Part shown: one piece after another, positions 61,994 to 64,000 of the stretch
Position numbering within the stretch: position 1 is the first letter of the stretch
How the letters are laid out: every line of letters begins with the position of its first letter
From: Microgenomates group bacterium RBG_16_45_19
GTDB taxonomy: Bacteria > Patescibacteriota > Microgenomatia > UBA1400 > RBG-16-45-19
Direction of reading: 5' to 3'
Length of the DNA stretch: 64,000 bases
Assembly: GCA_001803415.1 (NCBI GenBank)
Contig: MHDC01000045.1
Coordinates: forward strand, 30,747 to 94,746
Program-made: the position numbers and the translations under genes
The notes under the pieces: generated by a model
Seen by the model: only the letters and a program-made list of their open reading frames with translations
Told to the model about the DNA's origin: nothing
The model's database searches: none

Positions 61994-62992
61994 TCAGGGG
62001 TTGATGATTTTAGGTAGAAGTTTGGTAATAAGAAAGCTAGTTGCCTGAATATCATATAGAGAAGCTTGACAACAAGGTGAGTCTTGGCCGGTAACGGGAA
62101 TATTGAGACCAATGGTTTTTGTAGCAGGGGAGACGGTGTTAATAGCTCGAACATTGGTATAACCTTCAAGGGAATCGGGGATTTCGAATTGGATGGGGAT
62201 TTGGTTTTGGGTGGCTGTGGCGATGACTAGACGGCTCAATTCGGCATCATTCACAAAACCAGTACCTTGAACCTGTAAGGCTGGTCCTTGACCGATGGTG
62301 GGGATGGACCAGTTGTTTGTTTGAGTTTGGGGTTGAGTGTAGGCGGAGTCGATGACAATAGCCACTCGTGGCAGTAGTCGTTGAGCAACGGCTGCAGCAC
62401 CTTTGCCTAGTCCTTGCTCTTCCTGGGTGGTAAAAGCAAGATTCAAAGTCCAAGCTGGTATCGGTTTAAGTAATGGGAGGAGGCTGATCAAGACGGCACA
62501 GCCGACTCGATTATCTAAGGCCGGACTGGAGACCAGAGAGTCTTGGGTTTGATAAAAGCGTCTAAAATAGCCAATGGTACCGGGAGGCAAGTCAATAGGG
62601 TTAGGAAATTTTACGGTTAAATCCTGGTAAAACTTCGGTTGGTTTACAGATGAGGCGATTATTCCATTGATAATCGTGGATTTAGTGGTAATGCTGATAG
62701 TACCACCGACTAGTTCCAGTGGAGTTGACTGACCAACGGTGACGAACTGATAGGAAAGGTTATTTAGCCGGTTAGTGAGACAAATACCGACTTCATCTAG
62801 GTGCGCTTCAACTAGCATAATTTTAGAGCCGTCGCCAATTTGAGCTAGAACATTACCACACCCATCAATCTGGGGAGTTAAGCCGGTGTTTTGAATCAAG
62901 TCGGCAACGATATGAGTGATACCTTGTTCTTTTTCAAAGCCAGAGACTCCAGGGTATTTAACTAGTTGTCGGAGGACCTGGGAAATAGTCAT
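61994..62992 (-). CDS. M42-family peptidase (glutamyl aminopeptidase/CelM-like)
   Basis: PGVSGFEKE, VEAHLDEVG, FTTQEEQG motifs. The ATG at 62992 overlaps the upstream stop (ATGA). Confidence 0.8.
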   Translation of the reverse strand: MTISQVLRQLVKYPGVSGFEKEQGITHIVADLIQNTGLTPQIDGCGNVLAQIGDGSKIMLVEAHLDEVGICLTNRLNNLSYQFVTVGQSTPLELVGGTISITTKSTIINGIIASSVNQPKFYQDLTVKFPNPIDLPPGTIGYFRRFYQTQDSLVSSPALDNRVGCAVLISLLPLLKPIPAWTLNLAFTTQEEQGLGKGAAAVAQRLLPRVAIVIDSAYTQPQTQTNNWSIPTIGQGPALQVQGTGFVNDAELSRLVIATATQNQIPIQFEIPDSLEGYTNVRAINTVSPATKTIGLNIPVTGQDSPCCQASLYDIQATSFLITKLLPKIINP

Positions 62993-64000
62993 AGATTTCC
63001 TAAAGTGGCTAAATAATAATAAAGAACGTCGTAGGGTGAGATCTTGGGACCTTGGGGGGCATAACCTTGGTCCGGTCGGCAATAGGGGTAGATGGTGAGC
63101 CAGCGGTCCCAACCCAGAGTCTTGGCAGCCGTATAGACCCGTTCATATTCGGAATAGTCAAGATAAACACCATCGTCCAAGGGAAGGTAATTTAGAAGGC
63201 AGAATTCGAACAAATAGGTAACTTCTTTGGTAAAGAAAAGGATTGGTTTAGGGCTGGCTTTGGCTAGTTTAATTAATTCAGATAAAGGCTCAGACTGTTT
63301 CGGATTATCTTGGTTAATAGTCATAAGTTGGCCATTTTGGATGGTGAGCGATAGGTATCGGAAACGGGGAGGAGTTAGGGTGGTGTCTAGATAACGAAAG
63401 ACATTGCTGCCAAATTGGTTTTGATCCTGACCCAGTCTGATGAGGTCGAGTTTGACCAGATTGTAAATAAGTAGGTCTGGATTGGTGACGCCCTGAGTAA
63501 TCAGGTTACCAAGTTGCATGTCTAGGGAGTTAACCGGCAGGTCGGCCTTAAACATTCTTCGATAGAGACATTGATTCAAGGTTCGACAAAAGGTTTGATA
63601 ACTAATTTGTCCGGAAGTAGGCTCGGTGGCTTGAATTAGGGCTTGTTTTAAGTCTTGGACGAGAATGGCTGAAAGGATATCTGGTTTGATTTGTTGTTTG
63701 TGTTGAAGTTGGTCTATTAGAGCGGTGACTGGGTCCGGGGACATCAGAACGGCCGACAGAGGGACTCGGTTTTGAGATCGGCGCTGGGAATCGCTCATGA
63801 GCCGGTATGGCCGGTTGGGACCAGGATTAATTTTTATAAAGGAAAGATCGAGTAGGCCATCGCTGGGGAAGGGGAGGAGATCTAAAGTAATTTGGCCTAT
63901 TTTAGCTGGTAAGTCGGCAGCGTTGAAGAGAAGTTGGAGTTTGTCTAAGAATGCAAAGGCAGCGAAAAGTTGGTCGGGGGAAGCATTGGCTAAAGTTAAA
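62989..64000 (-). CDS. Hypothetical protein, 5' end probably outside window
   Basis: The reading frame of the listed ORF (Met at 63798) stays open upstream to the window edge (63999). No recognisable motif. Confidence 0.5.
   Translation of the reverse strand, partial: LTLANASPDQLFAAFAFLDKLQLLFNAADLPAKIGQITLDLLPFPSDGLLDLSFIKINPGPNRPYRLMSDSQRRSQNRVPLSAVLMSPDPVTALIDQLQHKQQIKPDILSAILVQDLKQALIQATEPTSGQISYQTFCRTLNQCLYRRMFKADLPVNSLDMQLGNLITQGVTNPDLLIYNLVKLDLIRLGQDQNQFGSNVFRYLDTTLTPPRFRYLSLTIQNGQLMTINQDNPKQSEPLSELIKLAKASPKPILFFTKEVTYLFEFCLLNYLPLDDGVYLDYSEYERVYTAAKTLGWDRWLTIYPYCRPDQGYAPQGPKISPYDVLYYYLATLGNL

Noticed and set aside
739-63098. About 70 short ORFs (60-140 aa) in the six-frame track that lie antisense to, or out of frame within, well-supported genes. 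Examples: 739-945, 1650-1868, 3111-3392, 6340-6603, 17725-18069, 43583-43914, 56361-57099.
   Set aside because: Each is fully embedded in a gene with strong motif support on another frame or strand. Their products are low-complexity or Pro/Arg/Ser-rich, as expected from antisense translation of GC-richer coding DNA. None has an RBS or a recognisable motif.
5598-63112. Long N-terminal extensions implied by the ORF-track starts for the aminotransferase (5598), upp (16334), pyrD-like gene (17417), glyA (19903), cysS (43138), GT39 (48039), EamA (60759) and M42 peptidase (63112).
   Set aside because: The extensions overlap the preceding gene and are not protein-like. An internal ATG aligned with the conserved N-terminus (often with an RBS or an ATGA overlap) is available in each case.

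Overview
This 64-kb window is a gene-dense chromosomal segment from a streamlined bacterium. I support about 75 protein-coding genes. By eye I recognised no rRNA, tRNA or CRISPR array. TGA terminates conserved genes (nrdJ, PIN, recR), so the standard bacterial code applies. Several features suggest a Candidate Phyla Radiation/Patescibacteria (Microgenomates-like) genome, but this is inference only. They are: many 4-bp ATGA start/stop overlaps, a short EF-Ts, Lys-rich extensions on S2 and L31, an rpsB-tsf-frr-rseP-proS cluster lacking pyrH/uppS/cdsA, GT-C glycosyltransferases, and salvage-type nucleotide metabolism. The backbone genes are PBP, topA, class II RNR, an aminotransferase, a ThyA-family fusion, prs, upp, a pyrD-like gene, glyA, folD, rpsB, tsf, frr, rseP, proS, rpsU, ybeY, dnaX, ybaB, a PfkB kinase, ahcY, recR, cysS, ychF, rpsF-ssb-rpsR, ctp, htrA, prfA, rpmE, hisS and an M42 peptidase. 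Visibly AT-richer accessory insertions interrupt this backbone, and there are five type II toxin-antitoxin loci. The best candidate for a new system is an AT-rich two-gene operon at 9840-11558 (minus strand). It encodes a viperin-like radical SAM enzyme followed by a bona fide uridine phosphorylase. It is transcribed divergently from three unusual nucleoside/nucleotide kinase fusion genes (11708-15095). Other notable items: (1) a three-domain MtrA-like/ThyA/C-terminal-domain protein; (2) TA cassettes stacked at the folD 3' end between copies of the folD tail; (3) a family of about 40-nt palindromic elements at gene 3' ends; (4) a single-gene insertion flanked by a duplicated gene junction; (5) an AT-rich island (about 48.85-53.6 kb) with 67-bp direct repeats and a truncated serine recombinase next to ychF. 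All functional calls rest on motif recognition by eye and from memory. No database searches were run.
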